From the NCBI GenBank assembly GCA_032718475.1, contig JAUCBJ010001457.1, positions 1 to 64,000 on the forward strand: 64,000 nt of DNA. The letters are read 5' to 3'. Below the pieces are notes generated by a model, which had not been told where the DNA came from, searched no databases, and worked only from the letters and a program-made list of their open reading frames with translations. The position numbers were made by a program, and so were the translations under genes. Shown piece by piece: positions 36,651-50,000 of the stretch (positions are counted from its first letter, which is position 1; every line of letters begins with the position of its first letter). The stretch comes from Nemertoderma westbladi. Taxonomy: Eukaryota > Animalia > Xenacoelomorpha.

Positions 36651-38751
36651 AGAACCCGAACCCGAACCCGAAATACAATGCACCTGACTCATTGGCCCTT
36701 TTAACAGCATAGGTGTGAAATAGCATAGCTGTTTTACTTTAACCTGTCTGACAGAAATAATATTTTGATGACACTGAAACAAAGTATGTATATGTACTAC
36801 AGCGCTACTTCATATACTTGTTTCTGCCTCCAATTACAACATGAAATTTTGATCTCAGGGTTTCCACTCACCTGGAATAGTAAGGGAATTTAAATTTTTC
36901 ATGAAATGTTAGTTTCTGTACTTCATGTAAAAAAATAGACAAATCAGGGATTCCTCGTGTGTGATAAGTGAAGATGTTCAAAAAATTTGGCATTTTCCTC
37001 CATGTACTAGAAGCTGATAGAGGAAACGCTCTGCTATATTCTAGAATATGAATTAGGCCAACTACTAGTGAAGTGACATTCATATTCGGAATCTGCAGAT
37101 GAAGCCTGTTCTAATGTTATTATGATTTTATTCCAAAGCTGGGAAATAAAACCAAAAAGAGGTGTAAATGATAAAAGGAGAAATAGATTCAAAGTAAGAA
37201 GTAGAGTCAAACTATCTTCATATTAAATTCCGTACAATTCTGAAGGATGAAGACGTACTGTTATATAAAATTGTATGTGGAAATTAATATAATCATTATA
37301 TTCGGAGCAGAATGAACTCAAACTCATTGCGACCAATATACAGTATAAGCTCTCAACTAATTTTATTCTTTAATTATTACTTTTTCGCTCGAATATACCC
37401 CAAAATCGGAAGAAAAAGTTTCACTTTTTTCCCTAGGGAAAAAAAGTAACCTATAGGATTGCATTGATTTTACTTTTTTCCCAGCGAAAAAAGTAAAATA
37501 AAATATTTTTTGTCAAATTTCTTAAATTGTATTACATGTGATTAAGGTAAATCTAAGTAGTAAAGGTTTCCACCATGACCTACTACACAGATACGACCCG
37601 CCAAGCTGCTGCAAAGCCCCTAAATTGAGTGGGCCAGTTATTTCTCTTAGATAGAACCCCTGAAACAATATGTCTAGCGCGTCGAAAGTACTTGTCATTA
37701 ACTAAAATTATGTCCTCTTTCAGATGAGACAAATAAAAATTTAATAGCTCCAGTAGTTTTCGAGATATGAGGAGTTCCTGGCACCCATACCATATCAGAA
37801 CTTTTCGGAATTGATAAAATTACTCAAAATACATCACCCTTCAAGACTTTAGTATAACCATTAAACCACATTATGCTTTTTTGGATAGTCGAATTAATTA
37901 CTAGTAATCGAAAACGAAATTAGAATAAAATCATCATTGTTTATTTTAAAAAAGTAGCAAAACCAAAATTACAAGTAGCTCGAAATTTTCAAATAGCCAA
38001 AAGTGGTAATTTGGCCGTTATCGTTTTAAAACCACCTATATGCCAGTTTTGCATAGACCGCATTATAAATAAATTTTTTTTAAAACAACCTAAATAATAC
38101 ATTTTACTATTATAAATAGACTAAGCCCGGGAAACGTTGATATAAAATTGGAAACAACGAATCAGGAGCTAGAATTGTTATTCATTATGATAGAGGGAGA
38201 TTTGATTTATATTTTTAAAACTTAATATTCGAATGAATTTGTCTTAAGGGTTTTAATGCTTTTTGGGTAATCATTGTAAAAAATGTAATATTATTTTGAA
38301 ACAACCTATCCCTATACATAGTTTTCTACATAATATGTTACATAATTCCAATACCATAACTGTTGTTTAAAATCGTTACATTTAATGTATTTAAAAGTAA
38401 ATAAGACCAAAATCCTGGAATATTACTTTCAAACAAAATTAGAATCGAAAATGCCGTTTTACAGGAAAAGTCAATTTTGTCATTTAGGTTGTTTGAAAAT
38501 GAAAGGGACGATATTATTCTGTATGTGGTATGTGCATTACACTGCACTACTGCGTTAGGCATTACATTACTGCTGAGTGCATTATGCTGTTACTGTGTTA
38601 GGCATCAATGCCTTATCATTATTACATTACCTGATTACTTGTGTTTACTTGACTATTTATTATCCCTTCTACACGGGCTGGCAGCCACGGAGGCCTAATC
38701 TAATCTGGACATAGTATCTGAATCTGTATGGAGGCCGTAGCAGTTACCGGT

Positions 38752-38935
38752 ATGGTTGGAAACTGCTGTGTGTATAGATGCCGTTCGCGCGCTCGGTCTA
38801 CAGAGTGGCACTTAGTTCGACTAGTCAGGGATTTTTTACAGATCAGATGACACCAGGGCCTTCCACTAACATTTGTACATTTCGACGGGCGATATATTCA
38901 GTAAACCCGGAATCTGTTCCGACTTCATTGTGCTA
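38752..38935 (+). pseudogene. Decayed THAP zinc-finger domain (P/Kolobok-type transposase remnant)
   Basis: MVGNCCVYRCRSR, then in another frame TPGPSTNICT-F and PESVPTSL, following the THAP pattern MxxxCCVxxC...P...ICSxHF...AVPT. Confidence 0.5.
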
Positions 38936-39058
38936 TAAATGCCTCAAATTCCTCGGAGACCGCCAGTAAAAAGAATATACCGTCCATCGTCTATCGAAAT
39001 TCATGAAGGAGAGTAAAATTAGTTTCTTTATCTGATGTAGAGATGAAGCTACTGGCCC

Positions 39059-39105
39059 CCCCAACCCCAAGTCCACCAGTAGTACTGCTGGACTTGGGGT
39101 TGGGG
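39059..39105. repeat. GC-rich near-perfect hairpin
   Basis: CCCCAACCCCAAGTCCACCAGTA-G-TACTGCTGGACTTGGGGTTGGGG, one mismatch. Confidence 0.85.
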
Positions 39106-39439
39106 AGCCGGCCGGTTAAAGAACCATCATGCTAGGTTTATTCTCCTGCCTAAACCAGCGGAACTCCTATCTGAATCCCCCGAAGACATATCGGCCCTTT
39201 CGAAGGATCTCAAGTAAGACAATATGCGTGACCACCTTAACAACAGTGTTCGCTTCTTACTGTCTTGGATTTAATAGACAAAGGTTATTGATACATTATT
39301 GATATTGATACATTGTCCTTAATCGTACTCCAGACAATTCGCCGCTTGTGCGTTAGGTGGTGCACAACTACTACTGTACTACAGCTTGGTACCGCTAGGT
39401 GGTGCACAACTACTACTGTACTACAGCTTGGAAATTGTG

Positions 39440-39790
39440 TATTATTGGGTTCTTTTCTTTGCAGATACTTTATTTTCATATTAATATGTTGTTTGGACCT
39501 TACTGAGCGCATTAGGGACATGTGTACAAATAACCGGTCCTTATAAGGGGTCGATTGGGTGAATTAATAAAACATAAGGTTGTAATATTCTAAAAAAACA
39601 GTGTGATCTTAAATGAATTTTAAACAATAAATAGAGATCAGATAACAAATGGACCACACAATTTATTAAAAAAAACTCGCACCTTTACGGACTTATCGCT
39701 TCAATTTTATTCAACAGTGGATAATTGGGGGAAGTTAGATGAACTGCATTTATGCAGTGATTCTAACTTCCCCCTTCTTAATATAATATA
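39440..39790. repeat. Diverged solo copy of an internal module of the 3-kb repeat
   Basis: Aligns by eye with 16417-16800 and 42428-42810, including the GGGAAGTT..ACTGCAT/ATGCAGT..AACTTCCC hairpin. Confidence 0.85.
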
Positions 39791-40362
39791 CCAAAGGCAC
39801 ATTCTTTGGAGGACCTGTTGTTTACTATGTAGACTTTGTTCAACCTAAACAACTTAAGTCAGATTAACAATATTATCCTGTAAAATTTCTAAGCAATGAG
39901 TGGTATGAATAATGCTGATCTTCGAACTATGGTTCTGTAATTAAATTTTATTACTTCAACATTTATACGGATTTACCAGTGAAAGAAACCTAGAATCCAT
40001 TATCACAATGTAACAGTATCAATAACCATATCTATTCTATGAAGATCATAAGAGAGACATCCTTGATTCATATATTATAATTTCCGAGCTGAAATGTTTC
40101 GGTGACTATAACTTACAGGCTTCGTATTATGTACAAACGACTGAGTAGTATATATTAATATTAATGGGTTACCGGTATATATAACAAGTGTACACTGGGA
40201 GCGAAAATATATTACATAAAATTTCAAGTAATATAAAATTAACGAGTCCAGTTCGTCTCCCCTTGTGTCATTCGACGCATACCCCCCCCCCCCCCCCCCC
40301 CCCCTCCACGCTTTTCCCTTTACCTCGCGGTTGTTCTTTAAGTATAACTTCATTTTGGGTCC

Positions 40363-43300
40363 ACCTTGGTGGGATAAATATTTCTCCATTTGACGCAACA
40401 CCGCCGCGGCCGCTATGAGGGAGGTGAATACCGCGGCCGCTCCTAAAGCCGCAGGCCATCGCTAACTATATAGGTTAACTTGGGATTCTGGGGGACTTTT
40501 CGATGAAGGAACTGACCAAATTTTTTTATTTTCTCACCAGGGGAGCGGCTCGGAATTCTAAGATATTAGCAACTCTAACATTATTAAATCTAACACTTCG
40601 ACGGACAAGGCGGACAAAAAACCGTCATTTTTTCGACAATTTTAAAATTTTTTTGAAAGGCGCTCTACAGTGGCTCGAAAAAACCCTAGGTTATTGCTTA
40701 GCCGACGCCGGGATACGATAGAAGGGATTAATTAGTGAATTCGTTTTTTTTTTCAAAAAAGATTACCACGCCTTTTTTCCGAAAATGTCCGTCAAAGTTG
40801 AAAAAACGGACAAAATGACTTTGCGGGATCCGCTATAACTCGGCTAATATTAATCGTACGGGGACGAAAGTAACGCGGTTGGAAAGGGGAAGAGTGGTAC
40901 TACCTTCGTATCGAATGGGGGTAAGATATTTATTAAAATTTCGGGTGGAAAAAGGGGCTGTAAATTTGTACGTTTTTGTCCGTCTTTTTTGGAACAGTTA
41001 TTTCCGAAATGTTTAATTCGACAACGCGGGTAGGAATCCACTAATTCTTTTATGAAACTCGTAGAAGACCATTGGGGCTACGTTCCTATCGAATGGGGGT
41101 ACAAAAAATATGTCGGCAATAGGGGCCAAAAAGGGCCAGAATTTGTAAAGTAGTTTTTATCGAATAATTTTTTATTTTTAACTTTAGTTGGTTAAGGTAC
41201 ATTCTATACAGTCAATATCCATACGGGGAATTCAAATATGCTATCGGTTTTGCTCCAAGGATGATATTAAAAAAATGAGGGCCAAAATTATAATTTCGCG
41301 CTTCAAACTTGCTTCGCGGGAAATCGTCTAGCTCGAAAACTACTTAACTTACGGGAGATTTGTTTACACAGACTTATAGTGCGTTAAATTATCTATCTAA
41401 CAGCGTTAATCACAGCGCCGGAGGTATTATAAAACTGGAGCGGCAGGCGATCGTGTGAAATATAATATTTATAAAAAGGGACGAAAAATTTTTTTTTTTA
41501 ACAAATCGCTATTCCATTATAATTTAGCGTATTGCGCCAAAAGTACCTGTAAAAAGTATCAAATTAACTCCGCTATCTTTTATCTTAACATATATAATTA
41601 AAATTACGAATTTTAAGGGTCGAAAAATATCGCGTTATTTTGGCCCTTTTTTTAATTTTTTTTGGGGCCAAAAATAACCCCTTCTCAAAAGATTAAGAAA
41701 AAAATTACGGCAAAGAATATACCAATTTTATTGAATTTGGACCACCAGAACCGAAGTTAGAGCGATTTTAGTGAAAAAATAAAAATAATTTTTTTTGCAA
41801 AAAAATTAAGAATGGTCAGGTCAATATTGGATTTCGAACCCGCGAACTTAGGTTTCATTAACGTGATTGATAACCACTAGACTATGTGACCAAGAGAATT
41901 TGAAATTTTCGAGTGACTATTTTAAAACATCAATAACTTCGGTTCTACTGGGCCGTTTAATCTGAAACTTTTTTCATTGGATAGAGGATAGATTGTAGTG
42001 TGTGAAATAGGATAAAACTTGGGAAAAGACTTATGTGCACTTAGTGCAAAATGCACTTAAATAGTGAACATTTTTTCGATAATTCAAACACTATTATTTC
42101 CAGTTCTATTCATCGTAGAATGTTATTTTTTGGATTAAAATGTAGTTTGGAATGATTTCTAACTATAATCGTAACATTTGTTTAACTTTTTATGTCTATA
42201 AAGTGACTTAAAATGTCCATGAATATGGTCCATAATCGCAAATCCAGATTTATTAAATTGGATTTTTGACACTTTTAGCGACTGACACTTGATCATACAC
42301 CATCGTAGATCGGTAGAGGATAAACATAAGTTTGTTAAATAAGAGCCACCATTACGATCTGCTAAAGTGCATTTGTACAAATATGTGTGCAAAAGTGCAA
42401 ATTTTTTAATAAGGTCAAATTATATAGTATTGGGTTATTTTCTTTGCAGATACTTTATTTTCATATTAATATGTTGTTTGAACCTTACTGAGCGCATTAG
42501 GGGATATGCGTACAAATAACCGGCCCTTATGAGGCTTCGATTGGGTAAATTAATAAAACATAAGGTTGTATAGTATAATATTCTAAAAACCAGTGTGATA
42601 TTAAATGCACTTTAAATAATAAATAGAAATCAAATAACAATTGGACCACACAATTAAAACTCGCACAATTTTGTACTTATTATATCGCTTCAAATTAATT
42701 CAACAGTGGATATTTGGGGGAAGGGGGAAGTTACAGTGTGCATTCGGGGGAAGTTTGGTGAACTGCATTTATGCAGTGAATCCAAACTTCCCCCTTTGAT
42801 ATATCATATACTTAAGACATGCTAGGGTGACGGGGAAATATTTGTTACTGTCACACTTTGCTTCCATTTATCCTATCCTTTATTATTACCCCAGTCAGAT
42901 AAGAGATAATAAATCAGTAAAAACTAAACTAAACTGTCTTTCATGCAAACAAATTTCTAACTAAAGACGGGTGAATGACCATGACCATGGAAATAATTTT
43001 AAATATAATTGTATATCAACTATTTGGGGAGGCTTCCAAGTTAAACCCGAAAACAATTATTTTGTTACATAGTAAATAACGTTGTATGTTCTTCTTCCTC
43101 TCATAATAAAATATAAATGAAATATCTCAGATCGCTATGCCCTGTAACATTTCACAACCAAAATATTTAAGTGTGAAAAGTGTAGGCCTACCACACTCCG
43201 CCCAAACAACCGCAAACGCATAGCCAACAAATTTAACAAAAGGTTACATACATGTTGGGTTCATGACGAGATGAGTGAAAATTGATCGCGTAATATAAAG

Positions 43301-43394
43301 TAAAAAATTAAGAGACGGGCTGGCTCTCCTCCACTTTCTTACCCAATGGATATGTTGTTGTAATAATCTAATATTGGGGCGGCTTTCTCTCGGT
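40363..43394. mobile_element. 3.0-kb non-coding dispersed repeat, copy 2 (tRNA-like module at 41819-41891, - strand)
   Basis: Direct repeat of 14352-17396 at an offset of about 26 kb, with scattered substitutions and small indels. Confidence 0.93.
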
Positions 43395-44431
43395 ACCGAT
43401 ACATTCGAATATAAAATGGCGGAATAAATTAACAAATAAAATATCGAATAAAAATACCAAATATAATTAAATATGTTGTTGAACATTATTTATTCCGGGC
43501 AAAACAACACTCTGTAAGATAGTCTACGTAAAAAATGTGTTGTTTTGTCCTAGGACAAAACAACAGGTGTTGTTTTTTAAAATTCTTTCGTGTGTAGTAA
43601 CCCTTCGTGAGTATATTCCACCCCCCCTCATCGGTGGAGGTAAGGGGATAGTCCGAGATAAGGTTAAATGTTTTTAAGAACATTTCCCCCTAAAACTTAT
43701 TCTATTTTGGCAAGGCGCTACTACTGTACTTAACACACTACGTATAAACGTTGTCTATTGTTCTTTAAAATGTGCCTATGTTTTGGATTGAGGTAGATAA
43801 GGATTATGCCAAATGGGTTTATGTACTCAATAGACTAATCACATTATTACTATTTGTTGTATGTGTAGTGTAGGCCTAGGCGTATATGTTTATGTAATAT
43901 GTGTCAATGATATTTGAACATTTTTACTTAATAAAAATAGTTGTCTCTTTTACAAAGTAAAACTTGCACCATGTAGGCCGTACACAATAATTTATAGGTG
44001 GTGAAGGCCTACAGTAGATATCTAACTTAGAGAGCCTCGTTCGTGATGCCTTCAAACAGCATAGGAATAGGCCGGAGCATCACAGAGCAAAATACTCGAA
44101 CCGTTAGTCCGACCGCAATGGAAGGCCATCGGTGAGATGGGAACACTCAACGGAATATTTTTGAGCTTTTAGTCTTTGTACGACAGCAGTAAGTAGGGCC
44201 TACTGCACATGGATCAGCGAACTCAGAAAGACACTTCCTAATATCTACTCCCCACGATCTAGAATAAATTCGCCAACTTTCAGCTTGATCGGATGATTCA
44301 CAAAGAAATTGAAGAAGATTTTTCGCGCAGACGCACGGGAGAATTAGAAACAGGCCGACCGACATTCAATGGTAGAAATAGCGGTACCCTAGGCTCGCTG
44401 GAACCAAACCATGCATAGGCATATTTCATTA

Positions 44432-44725
44432 CATAGTGAGAGAGGTACTCACTGTAATACTGCATAGTACATTCTGAGAGAGGTACTAACTGTATTACTG
44501 CATAGTGCAGTCTGAGAGAGGTACTCACTGTAATACAGCATAGTACAGTCTGAAAGAGGTACTCCTGTAATACAGCATGGTACAGTCTGAGAGAGGTACT
44601 CACTGTAATGCTGCATAGTGCAGTCTGAGGGAGAGGTAGGTACTCAATGTAATACTGCATAGTGCAGTCTGAGTGAGGTACTCACTGTAATGTAATACTG
44701 CATAGTACAGTCTGAGAAAGGTACA
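44432..44725. repeat. 38-bp tandem repeat, 7-8 copies
   Basis: Unit GAGAGAGGTACTCACTGTAATACTGCATAGTACAGTCT. Confidence 0.9.
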
Positions 44726-44984
44726 GTATTAATTAAACAGACAGTTGACAATCGTGGGGATTCTGGGAGAGTGAGGTTCACTTCCTTGGGGAACTCAGTT
44801 GCCTTGGTAATTGGAGGAGGATGATATCACATCGCATTGCCGATGGATTAATTTAAACTAAATTACAAGTTTGGCCGTTGGCATGACAATGTTGGTGTTA
44901 TTCCACCGAATCCGTCACATCTTCTGCATCTGTTCTTGTCAATGCGGATCTTCTGACCGGGTACAACAAATACAAGTAAAACAA

Positions 44985-46640
44985 GAGGACACAAGAGTCA
45001 GAACGTACAGAGGTAAATAAATATATGGCACAAGAGTCATAACGTACACAGGTAAATATATGGCACAATAGTCAGAACGTCAGAGGTAAATAAATATATG
45101 GCACAATAGTCTGAAGGTACACAGATACATTTATGGCACAAGAGTCAGAACGTACACAGGTAAATATATGGCACAAGAGTCAGAACGTACACAGGTAAAT
45201 ATATGGAACAAGAGTCAGAACGTACACAGGTAAATATATGGAACAAGAGTCAGAACGTACAGAGGTAAATAAATATATGGCACAAGAGTCAGAACGTACA
45301 GAGGTAAATATATGGCACAAGAGTCAGAACGTACAGAGGTAAATAAATATATGGCACAAGAGTCAGAACGTACAGAGGTAAATAAATATATGGCACAATA
45401 GTCTGAACGTACACAGATAAATTTATGGCACAAGAGTCAGAACGTACACAGGTAAATATACGGCACAAGAGTCAGGACGTACACAGGTAAATATATGGAA
45501 CAAGAGTCAGAACGTACAGAGGTAAATAAATATATGGCACAAGAGTCAGAACGTACAGAGGTAAATATATGGCACAAGAGTCAACGTACACAGGTAAATA
45601 TATGGCACAAGAGTCAGAACGTACAGAGGTAAATAAATATATGGCACAAGAGTCAGAACGTACAGAGGTAAATAAATATATGGCACAAGAGTCATAACGT
45701 ACACAGGTAAATATATGTCACAAGAGTCAGAACGTACACAGATAAATATATGGCACAAGATTCAGAACGTACAGGGGTAAATAAATATATGGCACAAGAG
45801 TCTGAACGTACACAGATAAATTTATGGCACAAGAGTCAGAACGTACACAGGTAAACATATGGCACAAGAGTCAGAACGTACACAGGAAAATATATGTGGC
45901 ACAAGAGTCAGAACGTACATAGGTAAATAAATATATGGCACAAGAGTCAGAACGTACACAGGTAAATATATGCCACAGGAGTCACAAACTTACACAGGTA
46001 AATATGTACTCAGGTAAATATATGTAAGATACGTACACAGAACGTACTCATATACATTTATGGCACAAGAGTCAGAACGTACACATAGCACAAGAGTCAG
46101 AACGAACAGAGGTAAATATATGGTACAAGAGTCAGAACGTACACATAGCACAAGAGTCAGAACGAACAGAGGTAAATATATGGCACAAGAGTCAGAACGT
46201 ACACATAGCACAAGAGTCAGAACGAACAGAGGTAAATATAGGGCACAAGAGTCAGAACGTACACATAGCACAAGAGTCAGAACGAACAGAGGTAAGTATA
46301 TGGCACAAGAGTCAGAACGTACACATAGCACAAGAGTCACAACGTACACATAGCACAAGAGTCAGAACGAACAGAGGTAAATATATGGCACAAGAGTCAG
46401 AACGTACACATAGCACAAGAGTCAGAACGAACAGAGGTAAATATATGGCACAAGAGTCAGAACGTACACATAGCACAAGAGTCAGAACGAACAGAGGTAA
46501 ATATATGGCACAAGAGTCAGAACGAACAGAGGTAAATATATGGTACAAGAGTCAGAACGTACACATAGCGCAAGAGTCAGAACGTACACAGGTAAATATA
46601 TGACACAAGAGTCAGAAAGTACAGAGGTAAATAAATATTT
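44985..46640. repeat. Minisatellite, 35/39-bp unit GGCACAAGAGTCAGAACGTACACAGGTAAATATAT, changing to a 60-bp (25+35) higher-order unit
   Basis: Directly visible; exact 60-bp periodicity over about 46060-46520. Confidence 0.96.
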
Positions 46641-47033
46641 GACAAAAGATTCCACATAGTGGGAATGATCGGGGATCGTTGTGTCGTTGGACTGAATTCC
46701 AATTCCATTATCAGAATTTTACTTTGTGGTTGTGACGGTACGAAACTGGTGGCACTTTGTTATGTTTGTAAAACGGACAGAACTGTAATTACTCTTATGA
46801 AACTAGTGAACATTTTTAGGTAAAACTTAGTTAGACTTTTTTTATATTTAATCAAATATTAGGCCTATATTAAACATATTATTTACAAATAATTATAAGA
46901 ATACTACTGCGTTATAGTTATTGCTAATTGTTAAGAAAAGTGGTGGCAGATTTAAGTAGCCCATGGCCAGATTGAATCCTCTTTAGGTAAAACTTGATAA
47001 AACTTTATAATATTTCTCATTTATTTATTTCAG

Positions 47034-50000
47034 TGATATCGGCCATTCAACCTGTCAATCATATCGACCAGAAGCAACTATTTCTGACGAGTCTAAACTT
47101 CGACCCAGTGTTTAAGTACGACCGTCCAATCCCCTTTAAGCTCTATAAACAACAGTTCAGTAATCCTTCGGACATTTACTTACATCTGGTTAGTTTAGCA
47201 ACAGCGTTAATTTTTTATTTGTTTAATTTATTATTTATATTTTATTTATTGGTATTGTCTCCTAAAAAATAGATAAATACATTGGAGAACAATGGCAAAA
47301 TATTCGGCTTTAAATGACTGATTTTTACTTTCTATGACTAATATTCCTAAAAATTATTAATTGTTATCTATCAAGGTGTCATAATCGTAAAAAGTTGATA
47401 TCAGGGAAATATGTGAAATATGAATTATATTTTATAATTATGAATTTAATATGAATTATTATATACATTTTTTAGCTCTAAATGTTTTTAACATAAAATA
47501 AAATTAATTGCCTTCCGCATTAGGCTATAAAGATAATTAATGTTGTTATACGTAAACATGGAAGTTATGAAAAATACCAGGGCATATCAATGGGACAACA
47601 ACTGTCCCGTAATCGTGTCAAAAAGATTGTCAAGAGTTACCTCCAACGTGAAGGAATTGACCCCAATGAAATCGACCTCAATCTCTCGGAGAACCTGATC
47701 TCCCGGGCTAGCATGTCCTACAGCTATGGTCGTCCGCTACTAAGCATAAAGATGGGACACGGTACCAAGGAAAACTGGCTCCATGGGATGTTAAGACACG
47801 AGATAGGTGAGTCATTGATTCTCTGTCTAGCTGAAACATACGCCCTGTGTGAGGGGATATTGTCAACCAAGGAAAACTAAATATAGAGTATAGTACTATA
47901 TTTAGAATTAAATATATAATGTAGATAGGACAATATGATAATGCTCTCCATAGCGAAAAATATCAACCGGCCCTATTGGGGCTCGAACCCGGTACCTAGG
48001 TTTCAAACTTCTGGCCCCAATAGGGCCAATAGGGCCGGTTGATATTTTTCGCTATGGAGAGCATTATCATATTGTCCTATCTACATTATATATTTAATTC
48101 ACCGTCACTCACCCCACAACAATTCATTTATTATTATATTTAGAATTCCATGGGTCAACACTTCGAAAAACCATGTCAACACTTCGAAATGGAAAAATTT
48201 GAAAGTGAATAGAATCAAAGTATATTTTAAAATACCAATACAATAATAACTATGGTTACAGTATAATAGGTTCTACAATTATTCTTATATGATATTATCG
48301 GTAGTAAGAACATAAGAACAATTACTAATTAATAACTTAGTTTCTTAATAGGGTTCTAGGTTCTTAATAACTTAGTTTCTTAATAGGGTTCTAGGTTCTT
48401 AATAACTTAGTTTCTTAATAGGGTTCTAGGTTCTTAATAACTTAGTTTCTTAATAGGGTTCTAGGTTCTTAATAACTTAGTTTCTTAATAGGGTTCTAGG
48501 TTCTTAATAACTTAGTTTCTTAATAGGGTTCTAGGTTCTTAATAACTTAGTTTCTTAATAGGGTTCTAGGTTCTTAATAACTTAGTTTCTTAATAGGATT
48601 CTAGGTTCTTAATAACTTAGTTTCTTAATAGGGTTCTAGGTTCTTAATAACTTAGTTTCTTAATAGGGTTCTAGGTTCTTAATAACTTAGTTTCTTAATA
48701 GGGTTCTAGGTTCTTAATAACTTAGTTTCTTAATAGGGTTCTAGGTTCTTAATAACTTAGTTTCTTAATAGGGTTCTAGGTTCTTAATAACTTAGTTTCT
48801 TAATAGGGTTCTAGGTTCTTAATAACTTAGTTTCTTAATAGGGTTCTAGGTTCTTAATAACTTAGTTTCTTAATAGGGTTCTAGATTCTTAATAACTTAG
48901 TTTCTTAATAGGGTTCTAGGTTCTTAATAACTTAGTTTCTTAATAGGGTTCTAGGTTCTTAATAACTTAGTTTCTTAATAGGGTTCTAGATTCTTAATAA
49001 CTTAGTTTCCGTTTTTATTATTATTTATTATTAGTATCTTATTATTTCATCATTATTTCGAAGTGTTGACATGGATTTTCGAAGTGTTGACACGGAACCG
49101 TGTGTGAGTAATGATTATGCCTGTTGACAAGCATACAGTAATACTACTGAAATGGGAGGCGGGATCATCGCAGCCACAGTTTGATCACGAGTACTTTTTA
49201 GCTGAGTAACGGGTTATTACAGTGTTGGATAACTTATTCATGGTGTAGCTAATATATTGAGTATATAAACTTTGACTCACCACCACTGAACATATTCGAT
49301 CTTGAAATTTAAAAAAAGCGGGAACTATGATTATGTAGATTAGTTTTCCTTAATTTTCTCTTGGGTTGAAAGCTCATCATAGAAACAGGAACATCACCTT
49401 GCAGAAACTGTTACAACAGGAGCAAACAACCGGTACAAAATATCTTCATCTAAACAGTAAATGGACGACATCCACCAGCCAAATAAATAAATGTCTTAGC
49501 CAAGGATACTTTTAACGTCATTAAAAAAAACTTACACAGTAGACTATCTGTTACCGGTATTACCTTCAGATGTCGCAATTGGAGTGAGTTTGCGAGAGCG
49601 ATCAAACGATAGTATGACTTTGTGTGTCAAATTTTTATGGAAAATACAATGGATCACTCATCAGAATAATTCAATAATGTTAATGTAGGAACACATTATA
49701 TGAGGAGTCTAAATAACCGCTGGCAGCCATGGAGTACCAACATGTCGCGGGCTGACTATCAAATGAAACCATGTAACCCCACCGAAGAAGGCTTGGCTGC
49801 CTTACACAGCATACTAACAAACCAACACCCTCATCTATTCCAGGTAGGTGGTATAGCTACCATCTTACAAGTTGTTCTACTACTTTCTATGCTGATTGTT
49901 TTAGTGATTTTCAGGGTCATCATCATCACAAAACAATATCCACATGGGTAGAAACCAGTAACGTACCGGTACCGGTACCGGTAACGTACAATAATTTAGA

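Noticed and set aside
14352-43394. The two 3-kb direct repeats as LTRs of one giant element carrying PUS7L-like and CEP152
   Set aside because: No TG..CA ends, PBS, PPT or outer TSD, and no retroelement genes between them; independent insertions are simpler.
44046-44430. Candidate first exon(s) of MATCAP
   Set aside because: An ATG at 44046 and a GTGAG donor exist, but I could not build a convincing phase-compatible join to 47034.
44985-49009. 35-bp repeats as possible CRISPR arrays
   Set aside because: Head-to-tail units without unique spacers, eukaryotic context, no cas genes.
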